A stretch of DNA of 64,000 nt from Eledone cirrhosa (Eukaryota), in contig OZ024743.1 in NCBI GenBank assembly GCA_964016885.1, positions 375,906,001 through 375,970,000 of the forward strand, given 5' to 3'. The notes under the pieces are model-generated. The model saw only the letters and a list, made by a program, of their open reading frames with translations. It was not told the origin of the DNA and searched no databases. The number at the start of each line of letters is the position of its first letter. Position 1 is the first letter of the stretch. Both the position numbers and the translations under genes were made by a program. Of the stretch, positions 14,263 to 28,181 are shown one piece after another.

Positions 14263-14359
14263 TATCTACTATAAACTATTTAATGTCAAGCGTCGTCGTC
14301 TCGATCGTAAATAAGCATAATAGGAAGGTGATAGTATATATATAACCAGACTCATTAAC

Positions 14360-14845
14360 TGCTTAATGAACACAACCACAAGGATATGGTCCGAACGTGG
14401 AAGAGCCTAACTCCCACTGTCATCGCCTCCATCTCTCTCGCCCTCCTCATCTCTCCATATGGTGAGCAAATGAGGTCCCACGTGCTGGCCTCCTCACATC
14501 CCTGGCGGACAGAATGGAGAAGGCGTTTCCCCGGAGGATGGTAAGGGAGATGCGCTGGAAGAGCCATTCCAACTCGCAAGGCTCACACCTGCGGTTGGCC
14601 AGCTCAGCGCCTATGGTGGTGAGTAGGGAGGTATCCCTAGGGCCAAGGACACCAGAAGTCGCCACTGCCAAGGGCACGACCGCGAACCTGACGGAGAGCG
14701 ACCTGTACTTGGAGAGTTTGGCCTCCTCAGCACGACGAGCAGCAGAACCCGGGTTTGTTGTAGACTGCATCAGGTTGCGGCTGGAGAAAGTGTCGCTGCA
14801 AGTGGCATCCCAGACGAGGGGTTTGCCACTGCAGAACGGTCATGC
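14360..14845 (-). mobile_element. CRE-like non-LTR retrotransposon, 3' fragment (restriction-like endonuclease)
   Basis: AEEAKLSKY, VPLAVATSGVLGP, WLFQRISLTILRGNA. Homologous to 20357-21172. Confidence 0.8.
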
Positions 14846-14879
14846 TGTCTGGTTTTATTGTATACATGGTCGCAGTCTA

Positions 14880-15750
14880 GGAAAATGGTTAAGAAGTTTG
14901 TTATGATATTATAATGAAATAGTACGGTAAAATATTAAATGTTAAATGTTAATTGAACAAGTACTTTCATGCTTTCGCAATCTTCAGGTTCATATTCTGT
15001 GGTGACAGTCAAGTTTGCAATTTTCAACTGTAATGAGATGGCTAAAATCTGTGCCTTATATACAGTAAAAAGAGGCTACAGAATGCTATGTTTTGCAAAC
15101 TGTATTTCGACCAATCGGTGTGTGGTTTCACTAGATTACTAAAGCTGATTGGTTTAGGCGTTATGGTTGGTTGAACGTGTCTAACGACTTCTATTTGACC
15201 CTATCCAAAGCATCAATTGTTTTATTATTTTTAGAAATGAGGAAAATAACATTTTCTAGGGTTTTTATAAAAAATCTTCAGTAATCATCAACATCAACAT
15301 CACTTTTATTATTATTATTGTTGTTGTTGTTGTTAGTGGTGGTAGTCGGCATGGTCGTAGGCGTAGTCCTAGTAGGAGTAATACCCTAAGCATTATTGTT
15401 GTTCATTTAGCTTGGGTTGGAATTTATCAATAAAATTCTTTTCTTTAATTTTTCTCTTGATTTCACTTGGGCTGTGTAGTTTGTAGAATGGAAATATTAT
15501 AAATATTTTCTGACCACATGTTGCTAGATGGTTACTCAGGGGTATCTGACGGACATTTGGGTCTCTGATTTGCTGTAGGTGCACTCGTGCACGTTCCGAT
15601 AGTGCATTTCCAGTTTGACCGACATATAGTTCTTCACAATTCGGGCATTTAATGCAGTAAATTAGATTTCTGCTTTTGCAGTTCATATTTGCATTTGGGA
15701 ATATTTTTCAAGTTTTTGTGTTCATATATTGACCGGTGTGTATGAACTGA
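14880..15750 (-). mobile_element. Penelope-like element, 3' fragment (GIY-YIG + 3' UTR with HHR)
   Basis: ORF 15393..15686 reads NLIYCIKCPNC..YVGQTG..SERAR.H..FQPKLN. Confidence 0.85.
14954..14992 (-). ncRNA. Type I hammerhead ribozyme, minimal
   Basis: Reverse complement reads TGAAC CTGAAGA TTGC GAAA GCAT GAAA GTAC TT GTTCA. Stem I is 5 bp and stem III is palindromic. Confidence 0.82.
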
Positions 15751-16965
15751 AACGGATGACGGATTCAACAAACAAACTAAATGGCTAAAAGAACTGGAAC
15801 ATAACTACTGCCAACATGTCCAGACAAAACAATATGACATAGATGGGTCAATACTGGAAACAGCTCTACAGAAAATGTCGAATAGGAAATCACCAGGCCC
15901 AGAGCTCTATAACAGGATACTGGTTGAAGAATTTCACTTTCTATCGGCAAGATCTCATACGGCTGTTTACAGAAACCATTAAAGGCACACAAGAACTACC
16001 CAAATGGTTATCAAATGCCACTACTCTCCTCATTCCCCAAAATAGCCAAACCACCCTTGCTAAAGATTACCGCCCAATAGTCTGCCAAAACATCATGTAT
16101 AAATTATATACTGAGTGCCTTAACCTGTTCTTACAGGATCATTATGCTACCAACAACATTATAACACCTGAGCAAGCTAGTGGAAAGAGAGAGGTGTGGG
16201 GTTGCATAGATCACCTACTAACAAATAAAATGATTCAAGAAAAAACAACAAAGAATCGCAGAAACATGACTGTGGTATGGCTGGACTATCAAAAAGCATT
16301 TGATAGTGTACCTCATGGGTGGATTGTTAAGGCTTTACAGTTAGCCAAAGTCCCACAACCACTGGTAGCTGCTGTTGAACATCTGACCAAGAACTGGTAC
16401 ACCAATTTGATCCTTAGAGGTGAGAAGGAGCAAGTTAAGACTGATAAGATACATTACCAGAAGGACATATTTCAGGGTGATAGCTTGTCAGTGCTAATCT
16501 TCGTTCTCTCACTAAATCCACTATCTTACCTACTCAGGAAACAAGGTGGACAAAGAAGTGGGTCCAGAAGTATCTCCCATCTTTTCTTTGTTGATGACCT
16601 GAAGTTGCATGGCCAAATATCAACGACATCAAGAAACAATTTTCAACAGACATCAAAATGAAATTTGGTGAGTCCAAGTGTGCATATTTGACAGTAAAAC
16701 GTGGAAGAGCTGTGCCCTCCTCTAGAAATCTAGAGATGAACCGCTTGAAAATACAACCTCTACAGTCATCTTGGACAGAATGAGAATGTCAGATATGATG
16801 GACCCATAAATAAGGAGAGAACCAGAACTGAATACGTCAGAAGAGTAAAGAAAATATGGCCATCAGAACTGTCAGGGTACAACAAGTACATTGCCCACAA
16901 TACTTATGCTGTGCCAATTCTAACGCCAACATTTGGCCTGCTGAACTGGTCATTGCAAGAACTAC
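15750..16965 (+). mobile_element. R4/Dong/NeSL-like non-LTR RT fragment
   Basis: DYRPIVCQNIMYK, WLDYQKAFDSVPH, IFQGDSLS, SHLFFVDDLKL. Confidence 0.8.
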
Positions 16966-17129
16966 TTGTTGGTACGTACATATGTTTGTTGGTACGTATA
17001 TATGTTTGTTTCCATGTTTGTATGTATTTATGTATTTATGTATTCATGTATATATGTATGTACTTACGTATGTATGCGTGTATCTATGTGTGTATACATG
17101 TATGTTATCTCTTTCTCTTAATTTCGAGT

Positions 17130-17392
17130 ATATTTTTTTGACCGGCCACCTTCCTGGTGGCAAGGTTGTAAAAGAAAAGAAATTGTCATCCCTTGAATCG
17201 CAAGAATGTTTTGCAAATTTTGAAGGTGCCAGCTATCGCAGCCATTTGTAGACTATGAATTAGGGAGCTGCGCTCTTTGTCCGCAAATCCAAGTTCAGTC
17301 ATACTTTGGTCCAAGCGGGTTGGTATATAACCCGTAGCTCCAATAATGATGGGTATAAAGCAAGGATGGCAAAGAACTTCTTCGTGACTCAC
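17130..17392 (-). mobile_element. C-terminus and 3' end of an R4/Dong-like element (REL endonuclease tail)
   Basis: IPIIIGATGYIP...LQMAAIAGTFKICKTFL. Confidence 0.65.
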
Positions 17393-17399
17393 AAGGAAT

Positions 17400-19495
17400 T
17401 CTACGAAGGTGGCGAGAGCACTTTGATGATCTTTTGAATCAGCCGTCTGTCGTCAATGAAGATTTCCTCAATCTCATTCCAGAAAGTCCTGTGAAAGTAG
17501 CTCTCGCAGAACCTCCAACGCTTGTGGAGGTTGCAGTGGCTATCTCGAAGCTGAACAGTGGAAGGTCTCCAGGTATGGATGGCATACATGCTGAGCTCCT
17601 ACAATATGGTGGTGAGAGACTCCTGCAACATCTTCACTACTTGTTTGGCAGGATATGGGCTAATGAATCCGTACCTGAGGACTGGAGAGATGCAGTAATG
17701 GTGGTCTTGTACAAGGGAAAGGGTAACAGGAATGATTGTGGGAACTACATAGGTATATCATTGCTTTCTGTCGTAGGGAAAGTTTTATGTAGGGTGCTTC
17801 TGGACCGTCTGCTGACACACATTGCAGATTGTGTTCTTCCTGAAAGTCAATCTGGTTTTCGTGCTGGACGTGGCACTACTGATATGATCTTCTCAGCTAG
17901 ACAGCTTCAGGAGAAGTGCATGGAACAAGGTTTGGATCTGTATCAGGTTTTTGTCGATCTGACAAAAGCTTTCGATACTGTTAACAGAAATGCATTATGG
18001 AAGGTTCTCCAGAAACTTGGTTGCCCTGATAAGTTCCTTGCTTTAGTTAGGTCTTTCCATGACGACATGAAGGCTTGGGTTAATGTCGGAGGTAACATGT
18101 CGCAGCCTATCTCAGTAAAAAATGGAGTGAAACAGGGGGATATTCCAGCACGGATCCTGTTTGCCATATACTTTGTAATGGTTTTCTGTATTGCATTTAA
18201 GAATTGCGAGCATGGTGTTTACATCCGATATCGAACCTCAGGTAGCATATTTAACATCAGGCGCTTTGATGCAAAGACAAAAGTATTTACATCAATCATA
18301 AGAGACCTCTTGTATGCAGATGATTGCGATCTTGTAGCGCACACAGAGAGTGATATGCAGCACATTTTGAATGCATTTTCTAACGCTTACACTGCTCTAG
18401 GATTGACTGTCAGTCTCAAGAAAACCGTCGTCATGTACCAACCTGCCCCTGGTAAGCAGTACAGTAAACCAAATATCTATGTTTATGGTAAACGACTTGG
18501 AGTGGTTGATCAGTTTGTCTACCTGGGAAGCACTGTCAATCGATACAGCAACCTTGATAGTGAAATCTCACTTAGGATTAGGAAAGCAAGTGATGCTTTC
18601 GGAAAGCTAGAAAGGCGACTCTGGGGTCGGCGAGACATATGGAAGAAGATAAAGGTAAAGGTGTACAAGGCATGTGTGCTCTCTTCTCTTCTTTATGCCT
18701 GCGAGACCTGGGTCACATATCGACACCACCTTAAGCGATTGGAGCGTTTCCACCAGATGTGTCTCAGACGGATCCATGGCGTTCACTGGAGGGACCACAT
18801 CAGTGATGTCGAGATCTTGGAAAGCTCTATGTGTGACAGTATAGAAGCTCTTGTGCTTAAGCAAGGACTCCGTTGGAGTGGTCACCTTGCCAGGATGAAG
18901 GATTCTAGAATACCAAAACAACTCTTTTATGGAGAGTTAGTTAAAGGAAAACGACCGCCACATAAACCAAAAAAGAGGTATAAGGATTCCTTGAAAGCCT
19001 CTTTGAAAGACGCTAACATCTCTGCTGATACATGGGAAAATATTGCTGCTGATCGTAATAAATGGAGAAAGACTGTATATGAGGGAAAAGTTGCCTTTGA
19101 GGCATCTTGAATCGCATACGAGAAAGTAAAGCGGGATGTGAGGAAGGGCATTGCTGTTGCACTTACAGACGGCGATGGTCCTCCTATGGTGCTGACATGC
19201 AGCGTCTGTGCGAGACTCTGCCTAAGCAAAGATGAACTCGAAAGTCATCTTCGCAGTCATAAAGTAAGACCAGTGGTTGACTACCAGGCTGCTGTTGGAG
19301 ATGCTACTCATCATGCTTGCCAAGCATGTGGTAGAGAATGTAAATCAGCAGGAGGGCTCAAACGACATGTAAAAGTACATGAACTCCAACCACAGCCGGC
19401 TATTCCCAGTGAATGTTTTGGTTGCCGACTCTGTGCAAGATATTTTAGATCATTGGCTGGGCTATAAGAGCCACATTCGATCGCAGCGCTGTTAG
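17400..19495 (+). mobile_element. RTE/BovB-like LINE, 5'-truncated (RT + C2H2 zinc-finger tail)
   Basis: 558-aa ORF with PESQSGFR, FVDLTKAFDTV, GVKQG, LLYADDC, LRWSGHL. It continues past a stop into 19138..19467, which has three CxxC..H motifs. Confidence 0.92.
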
Positions 19496-19539
19496 TTGCT
19501 ATTGTGTGTGCGTGTGTATAGATATGTTTATGTGTGTGC

Positions 19540-19593
<54 letters not shown>

Positions 19594-19642
19594 TATTATT
19601 GTTGTCGTTATTATTGTTGTTATTATTATTATTATTGTTATT

Positions 19643-19722
<80 letters not shown>

Positions 19723-20025
19723 TAAAGTTAGTCCTTCATCAGTGATCTTCCAACCATCATTGGTATTTCATCGCTTTAAAGACCATATACCTCCGGTTGG
19801 TGCGAGCAACGGCTAAAAAAAGTTGTTGGGACAGGTAAATAAAGGGGACACGAGAGTGTAAACAAACAAAAATGGTGAAGCAACGAAAAGTGAGGAAGAA
19901 GGAGTCAAGTCCCAAATTTCCATGAATATAAATTCGGTGAAATCGTGAACGAGAGAGAATAAAGACCATCAAACCTGGTTGGAATGTGAGCAAGGAAGGA
20001 ATTCCGTATAGGTCTAACGGGAGGA

Positions 20026-20073
<48 letters not shown>

Positions 20074-20187
20074 ATTTTATATATATACATTATAATTTTA
20101 AAGGATTGTAAATAAAACGAGTAAATCAGACAAAGTTGGAATTCCTTTTATTAATATAATCTTCTATACACAATCATACACACGCGT

Positions 20188-20269
<82 letters not shown>

Positions 20270-20273
<4 letters not shown>

Positions 20274-21236
20274 AAAAGGTAAAGAGAAATAACAACACAA
20301 TCGGTACAGCACATTTAATATAATTGTATTGATGAGTTAATATCTGTATACAACAACTACAACGGTACGCAATGGGGCCCACCCACAGCCCCGGCGGACA
20401 GAATAGAGAAGGCGTTTCCCCGGAGGACGGCAAGGGAGACGCGCTGGAAGAGCCACTCCAACTCGCGGGGCTCACACCTGCGGCTGGCCAGCTCAGCGCC
20501 TATGGTCGTGAGTAAGGAGGTAGCCCTGGGGCCGGGGACACCAGAAGTCTCCACTGCCAGGGGTACGACCGCAAACCTGTCGGAGAGCGACCGGTATTTG
20601 AGGAGTTTGGCCCCCTCAGCCCGACGTGCAGCAGAACCTGGGTCAGTCGCAGACTGCACCAGGTTGTGGCTGCAGAAAGTGTCGGTGCAAGTAGCATCCC
20701 AGACGAGGGGTTTGCCACCGCGGAACGGGAAGATGGTCATGTCATCTGGCCTTTTGCCGTCCCCTCGATCCAGCCCCACCGGCTCGAGCTGGGAAGGGAA
20801 GCCTGCAGCGTCCAAGCCATGCTTAATGACCTCGTTGAGGGCAGCATGGCGTGGAATGCGGCCGGCACTGTGGCGACAGGAAAGCGGGTGAAGGCCGAAA
20901 GAGTCCACGGTGGAACGGCAACGACATTGGTGTAGCTGGCAGATCTGGAGGCCGAGCCTCAGGGAAACGCCGATGCGCAGGCAATAGTTGTCTAGCTGCG
21001 TGCCAGTGGAGAAGGAGAGCAGGGCATGGAGCCAGGCACCACTGTGGGGTTTGGAAGCCGCACGAAAACAAGCAAGGCGGTGCTGGTCGAGCTGGCGCGT
21101 GAGCCTGTCTGAGGCCAGGCTGCACTGGATGGCATCCCAAGTGCGTTGGGGGGGGGGGGGACTTGACGTCAACAGGGGGGAAGGAGGAGGGACGTCTACT
21201 GGGCTAAGTCCCAGCCGGTCCCACGTCTCACAGGCG
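20270..21236 (-). mobile_element. CRE-like non-LTR retrotransposon, 3' part (zinc knuckle + REL endonuclease)
   Basis: ORF 20357..21172 reads SGAWLHA, C.C..FGLHPLSC, RHAALNE, EPVGLDRGDGKRPD, LVWDATC. Confidence 0.85.
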
Positions 21237-21468
21237 GCCCTTCATCAGAAGAAAGAATGAGAAATAAGATAGATTGAGGGGATAGGAGAGTTGGGATTGG
21301 AAAAAATGTCTTTAGATAAAAATAACAGGTCCATTCATGTTGACATCTCTTGCAAAACTGTTGGTGCTGGCGTTTTGAGTATGATTTATATTTTAGAAAA
21401 GTGGATGAGGGAGCACGTCTACTTGAAATGGAAAAAAAAAACCGTTTTGTAAAAAGAGCTACACTTGT

Positions 21469-21562
<94 letters not shown>

Positions 21563-23405
21563 ATACGTCCGTACGATGCTAAGAAGAAATGTGTGTGTAT
21601 ATGTGTGCATGTAAGTACGAGGCTATGAGCAAAAGAATGTTAATATAAAGGTGTGTATGTGTGTATACAGAGCAGTGAAGGGAAAATTGGAGTGAGCATA
21701 TATAGTCGGCCTGTATTAGTTATAAGAGAAGATGTTAATGATCAAGAGAAAGCGATAGGAATCTAGGGGTGTGATAATGGACAGGGTATTAGAGAAATTG
21801 GGGAGGTGAGTTGAGTCAAAGAGGGGAATAGGATCCAAGGCGGTGAATCAGACTTTGTTCAGTCCAAGTGCGCGAAGCCATGATGTAAAAGGACACCCAG
21901 GACTGAAACATGTAGGGAAGAATGACCAGGAGAACAGAAATGACGGGTCACAGGAGTATCCAAACCGAGTCGTATGTTCCTCAAATGCTCGGCAAAACGG
22001 TCCGCCATACGGCGTCCTGTTTGTCCGATATACAAAGACCAGCAAAGGAAACACCGAAGGGCATAGACAACGTTGGTGGATGTGCAGGTGAACGAGTGGC
22101 GGATACGGAAAGACCCGTTCGGGCCTGTAAGAGTGGTGAGGGTGGAAATGAAGGGACAAATGTTGCAGCGGGAACGGGAACAAGAATGAGAGCCGGGTGG
22201 AGTCGTGGGAGAGGACGAGAAGGAACTGCGAGCCAGGAGGTCGCGGAGGTTGCGGGTCCGCTTAAAAGCAGTAATGGGTGGGTTTGGAAAAAAACCGAGA
22301 AGTGACGGGGTTAGAAGAGAGGATGCGGAAGGAACGGAGGATATGTCGCCGGAGTGGTAGGGTGATGGGTGGTAGGTGAGAGGGAAAGGAACACGGGTGT
22401 TGGGAGGACGGGAGTGAGGTGAGAGGGCTGTGGTGCGATCTGTTTCACGGGAGCGGGTGAGAGCAGCTTGGATCAGGGTGGGGGGATATCCACGCTGGAT
22501 GAAGCAGGAAGCCATGCGAAGGGAATGGGTTTCGAAATCGTCGTCCTGGCCTCAGAGCCGACGAAGACGGAGGAATTAGGAATAGGGTATGGAGTGTTTG
22601 GTGTGGGTTGGATAGGAGGAGGTGAAGTCGAGGTAAGATTGGGAGTCTGTTGGTTTAATGAAGATAGAAGTAGAGAGGGTGTGGTGAGAATGATTAATAT
22701 ATAGAGAGATATCTAGAAAAGCGACAGAAGAATCGGAGATGGAGGCGGTGAAATTGAGAGCAGGATGGAAAGATAGGACAAAAGAAAGAAAGCAGTCGAG
22801 CTGTTCTCGTGATAGAGCGGTGGCGCCGATGCAGTCGTCGATATAACGACCGTATAGCTCAGGAGTCGGTCCAGCGTACTGGGAGAAGATCTGGGCTTCG
22901 ACGTAGCCAACAAACAAATTGGCATAGTTTGGACCCATTCTGGTTCCCATCGCTACCCCAGAGACCTGCTGATAGAATTCACCCGAAAAAGAAAAGCCAT
23001 TCAGGGTGAGAACAAGCTCAGCCAGACGGAGAAGAGTGGTAGTGCTGGGGTAAGGTGTAGGGCGTAAATCTAAAAAATGTTGGAGAGCGCGGAGGCCGTC
23101 ATCATGAGGGATGATGGTATAGAGAGAGGTGGTGTCCAGGGTAAACAGAAGGCGGGAGGAACCAAGAGGGAAGGAGAAGGAGTTGAAGAGTCTAAGGGCA
23201 TGATTTGTATCGTGGACGTGGGAGGGGAGATTGCCGACCAACGAGGCGAGGATGGTGTCTAAATATTCAGAAATTATCTCGGTGGGGCAGTTTCATGCAG
23301 AAAGGATAGGACGGCCGGGATTATTTTGTTTGTGTATTTTGGGGAGGAAGTAGATGGTGGGTGTGCGAAGGGTGCGTACAATAAGGTTGGTGGCTGAACT
23401 GGCCA
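21237..23405 (-). mobile_element. Penelope-like element (RT + GIY-YIG), degenerate
   Basis: LFTLDTTSLYTIIP, GVAMGTRMGPNYANLF, RYIDDC; CTSTNVVY..YIGQTGR..RFAEH. A half-HHR (CTGATGAAGGG on the minus strand) sits at 21237-21248, cut by the CRE insertion. Confidence 0.9.
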
Positions 23406-23545
23406 GAGCTCGGCGTCCAATGTAATTGCCGGCGACTGAGAGGAGTGAAGTCATCCGTCTGTGTCGATGATGGCGTGTCTTGAAAATGGCTTTAATCTAC
23501 GGAAGAACCCTTCAATATCGCCACGTGTGCGGAACTCCTCGCTGG

Positions 23546-23581
<36 letters not shown>

Positions 23582-23606
23582 CTTGACCGACCATATATAT
23601 ATATAA

Positions 23607-24323
<717 letters not shown>

Positions 24324-24343
24324 ATATATAAATATATATATAT

Positions 24344-24390
<47 letters not shown>

Positions 24391-24394
<4 letters not shown>

Positions 24395-24570
24395 AACCAG
24401 TAAGACCCCGACAGCTGAGCTCAAGCCGTTTCGACGGCTATTAGCCGTCGAAACGGCTTGAGCTCAGCTGTCGGGGTCTTACTGGTTCCTATTACCCACT
24501 CTACTACCTCAAGTATTGAGTACTTTGGTGCGTTATGGTCCACATGGTTCCTTACCACATTTCCTTCGTT
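24391..24570 (+). mobile_element. Palindromic HHR-half mini-element, family A copy 2
   Basis: Perfect 101-bp palindrome 24391-24491 centred on 24441, plus a 79-bp tail. Confidence 0.85.
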
Positions 24571-24831
24571 ATATATATATATATATATATAATACATTTA
24601 GAAACACACAGATACATGCGGACACACACATATATACATGAATGCATCCGCACCCAACTGTGAGTTAAGGGTGCCAACTTCACCGATGTTGCTCAATGAA
24701 TGACTGGGACAGACCAATTCAGTTTGAACCAGACTGAACCAGTATCAGAGTTAAAAATACATTATGAAGAGAGAAGAAACATTTAGATATAATTAGTAAT
24801 AAAATGTATCATACCTAAACTGTTCCTAAAT

Positions 24832-24919
24832 TCCTCGACTACGTAGTTTCGTGGCATAAACAAAAACAATATATCAAAGATATAGAGTCCTTGCGAGGTC
24901 TGCCGACTTATCAAGAGGA
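24832..24919 (-). ncRNA. Type I hammerhead ribozyme with U3-A8 core
   Basis: Reverse complement reads TCCTC TTGATAA GTCGGCA...TGCCAC GAAA CTACGTAG TC GAGGA. Confidence 0.75.
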
Positions 24920-25218
24920 TACCTCATTTTACTAGTCTCAAGAACGCGTCTACACGACGTGAGAAAGAATCCCAAAAGGCGGAGGGGGAGATAGTCACGC
25001 GATATAACGGTCGAGAAACAGAGCTAAGCCTCTTATAACCACGAAAAAAATACCACGGAGGCGGAGGGGGTATTCATATCGAGGCCGTAGAAGAGGTAGT
25101 GAAGAAGGCGAGAAGTATGAGTAATGGAAGCTTTCCAGTTGTCCCCACACTTCAAAGATTGCTCGACCAGAGGGAGTTATTAATACATTTAGAAACAAAG
25201 ATTGAGGGGACGGGCGGG

Positions 25219-25270
<52 letters not shown>

Positions 25271-25291
25271 CCCGCCCGTCCCCTCAATCTT

Positions 25292-25327
25292 TCTTCAGAT
25301 GAAGGACTAGCGTCCGAAACGTTAAGA
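25292..25327 (+). ncRNA. Minimal type I hammerhead-like motif (core CAGATGA)
   Basis: TCTT CAGATGA A GGAC TAGC GTCC GAAA CG TT AAGA. Confidence 0.7.
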
Positions 25328-25412
25328 CCTTCTTCCTGCTATATCAAGCATTAACCTAATATATTCCTTCCATATACTGTACCAATTGTGTTGTTATTTC
25401 TGTTTACCTTTT

Positions 25413-25480
<68 letters not shown>

Positions 25481-25778
25481 AAACTTCTAAGATATAAGTC
25501 ACTCTATATAAGAAAAGTTTTATTGATTTTCAACAATAATCAATAATTTCACATTCACTGCTAATACATATATTTGAATATATATATGTACTCATGTATG
25601 ATAAAGAAATAGATATACACCACACACATACATATATGCTTATATACATATATAGTGACAAACCGCAAACATCAACAAATAAAAGGTTAAGTATTTGTTC
25701 GCTCCTTCTGTTTCTCTGAACTGAACTGCAAAATCTTAGGTGGACTGCTTTTTTCTCCCAGCGAGCAATAGATATTAT

Positions 25779-25865
<87 letters not shown>

Positions 25866-26299
25866 ATATGTATTTATGTAAATAATACATATATATACAC
25901 GCACACATATATATATGCGTATATATATATGTATGTGTATATCTTCTTCTTCTTCACTGAAAAGCATTTCAATGATGAAATGATCGATCCTCCGTCCGTT
26001 TCGACGATGAGTTTTCAGCGATGGGCGTCCAGCTCGTGTATTATCTCTTCTCTTTGTTATATCATCTTTACGAGTTTAAACAGAGCACCAGTTTGGCGAC
26101 CAGGTCTCATCCATTTACAATTGAAATTCCTAAATGCAATCGTAAATTCTATTCTCATAAGTATGTTTTGAAACAGCGAGCGATTTTGAAATTAGAAATA
26201 GAAGCTTTCGCCGAATTTTTTGACGTACATGTGTAGCGAAATCTGTCTACACCTTGACCTCTGGGTGACATTTAACGGTCACATTCTGGGTTTCCTCCT

Positions 26300-26400
26300 T
26301 TTTGGTGTAAACAAGTTGATGCAAGGGCGATCTCTCGAGGCAGGAGACAGAGGAAGCGATAGATATAAATAGTCTGTCTCAGACCAAGCAAAGGCAGTTC
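26300..26400 (+). promoter_or_regulatory. Possible Pol II core promoter
   Basis: TATAAATA at 26364, GCAGTT (Inr-like) about 31 bp downstream, and a forkhead-type GTAAACA at about 26307. Lies in one of the few non-repetitive stretches. Confidence 0.2.
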
Positions 26401-28136
26401 TGAGCAGTTCCTAATAGAGTAATGGTATAAAACAGACCCCTTGGGATCTACCGATTCTTACTCTCTCTCTTTCTCCTGGTCGTACACACTCTCACCTTCT
26501 CTGGTCACTGGGCTTTGACCTCTGCCTTGCTTCGCTTCACACGTTCGTCAATACTTATCTTTTTCCATTTCTTAGAGAGTTCTAAACCCCACTATCAGGC
26601 TAAAATTTCATTAGTTAAAAAATGCGACGAAAGCTTCTATTTTTAATTTCTATTCTCATAGTTTCTTCCCTCGTACATGTGGTCTATGAAATTCTCTTCC
26701 AGCTTCTTACGTACCTCACTACTAGAATTTGCAAAAATTCAAAAGCAACATCAATCGTCATCTTCTCTCTCTTTGAATTTTGTTCTCTCTCTCTCTTGTT
26801 CTTCTCTCTTCTCAGCAACCTCTCGCATTTCAGTAGCTTTATTGCCTTGCTTAGGCAAAGAAAAACAACAGCAAACGTGGTAGTATCCTTAACGCAATGT
26901 CCGATTAGAATCAACGTGACACAATATGTGACAAGCTGCAACTATGAATTACAGGTACAATCTATTCGTGGGGCCTCGGCAAAGTTTCCAATTGCCCAAT
27001 TTCAATTCACAAAGCTTATGGTAAAGATACTTGCCTAAACTGCCACAAAGTTGGATCAAACTCGAGAGATCAAAATTTCAAAGCGAATTTATAAGCCATT
27101 CAGCTTATGCCTGCCTTCATTATCACAAACTAGCAGAAAACTACCCTCCGGGTGGTTATCTGCTGGCATGTGTAGTGCGCATATTGATAATATACGCAAA
27201 TATATATGCATGTAGATGTGACACGTCAAATAAAAACGTAATTGAGAATATGCACAGAAATTAAAGAGAGACTGTGTTACACTCTCTTCTGTAATCAGTA
27301 AAGTAATCCATAATATACTTAAAAAAGACGATATTATATATAAACTGTATCATGGTGAAATGTAATGAAAACAAAAAAGAAGAAAATTAGCGATGGAAAT
27401 ATAAGCCTTATATAACGATACAAATATATGAACGTTTATATAAGCGATGTAATAAGTGTTATGATATAACGGACGCTAACCGGGTGTAGACATTTGAAAA
27501 AATTAAAAGAAGTGAATCTTAAAATAAGGAATCATTATATATAAGAATATTTATGTTTAATCAATAGCTACGAAATTTAGTACATACATTATGTAATATT
27601 CATTCATTATTTATTCAAATGCCACTGAGGTTAATTTTGCCTTTCATGCTTACGGGGTCGATAAAATAAAACACCAGTAATGCACTGATATCATTGCTGG
27701 CCTTGTGCCAAAAGTAGAAACAATTATTTATTCAAAGTAATCTAACTTTTTAAACGGAATAAAAAATACTAACGGGTTAAAAAAATATATTCACCAAACA
27801 GTCCCGCACTCCTCCATTTATTATATTATGATAGTGAATGTAGGGAGACATGCGTCGTTTAAATTTTATCACGATGTAACTTTAATTTTGAAACAAGATC
27901 TCAGATGAAATAGACTAAGGAATAGGGCATAAAAGAACCTGGGAGGAAAAAAAATAGAATGCTCTGTGGTATTCTATCCGGCTCTCTCTACAACCTGAGT
28001 TCAAATTATGTTGAGGTCAGCTTTGCCTTTCATCCTTTTGAGGTTGATAAAAAAACAACAAACAAAAAAACGCATCAGTCAAGTGCCAGGGTCGATTCTT
28101 TCTCTATATCTCATTTTCATTTTCCCTCTTTCACCC

Positions 28137-28181
<45 letters not shown>

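Noticed and set aside
19721-19750. CTGATGAAGGAC on the minus strand
   Set aside because: Only the 5' half of a hammerhead, with no GAAA or stem III. Counted as a remnant, not a ribozyme.
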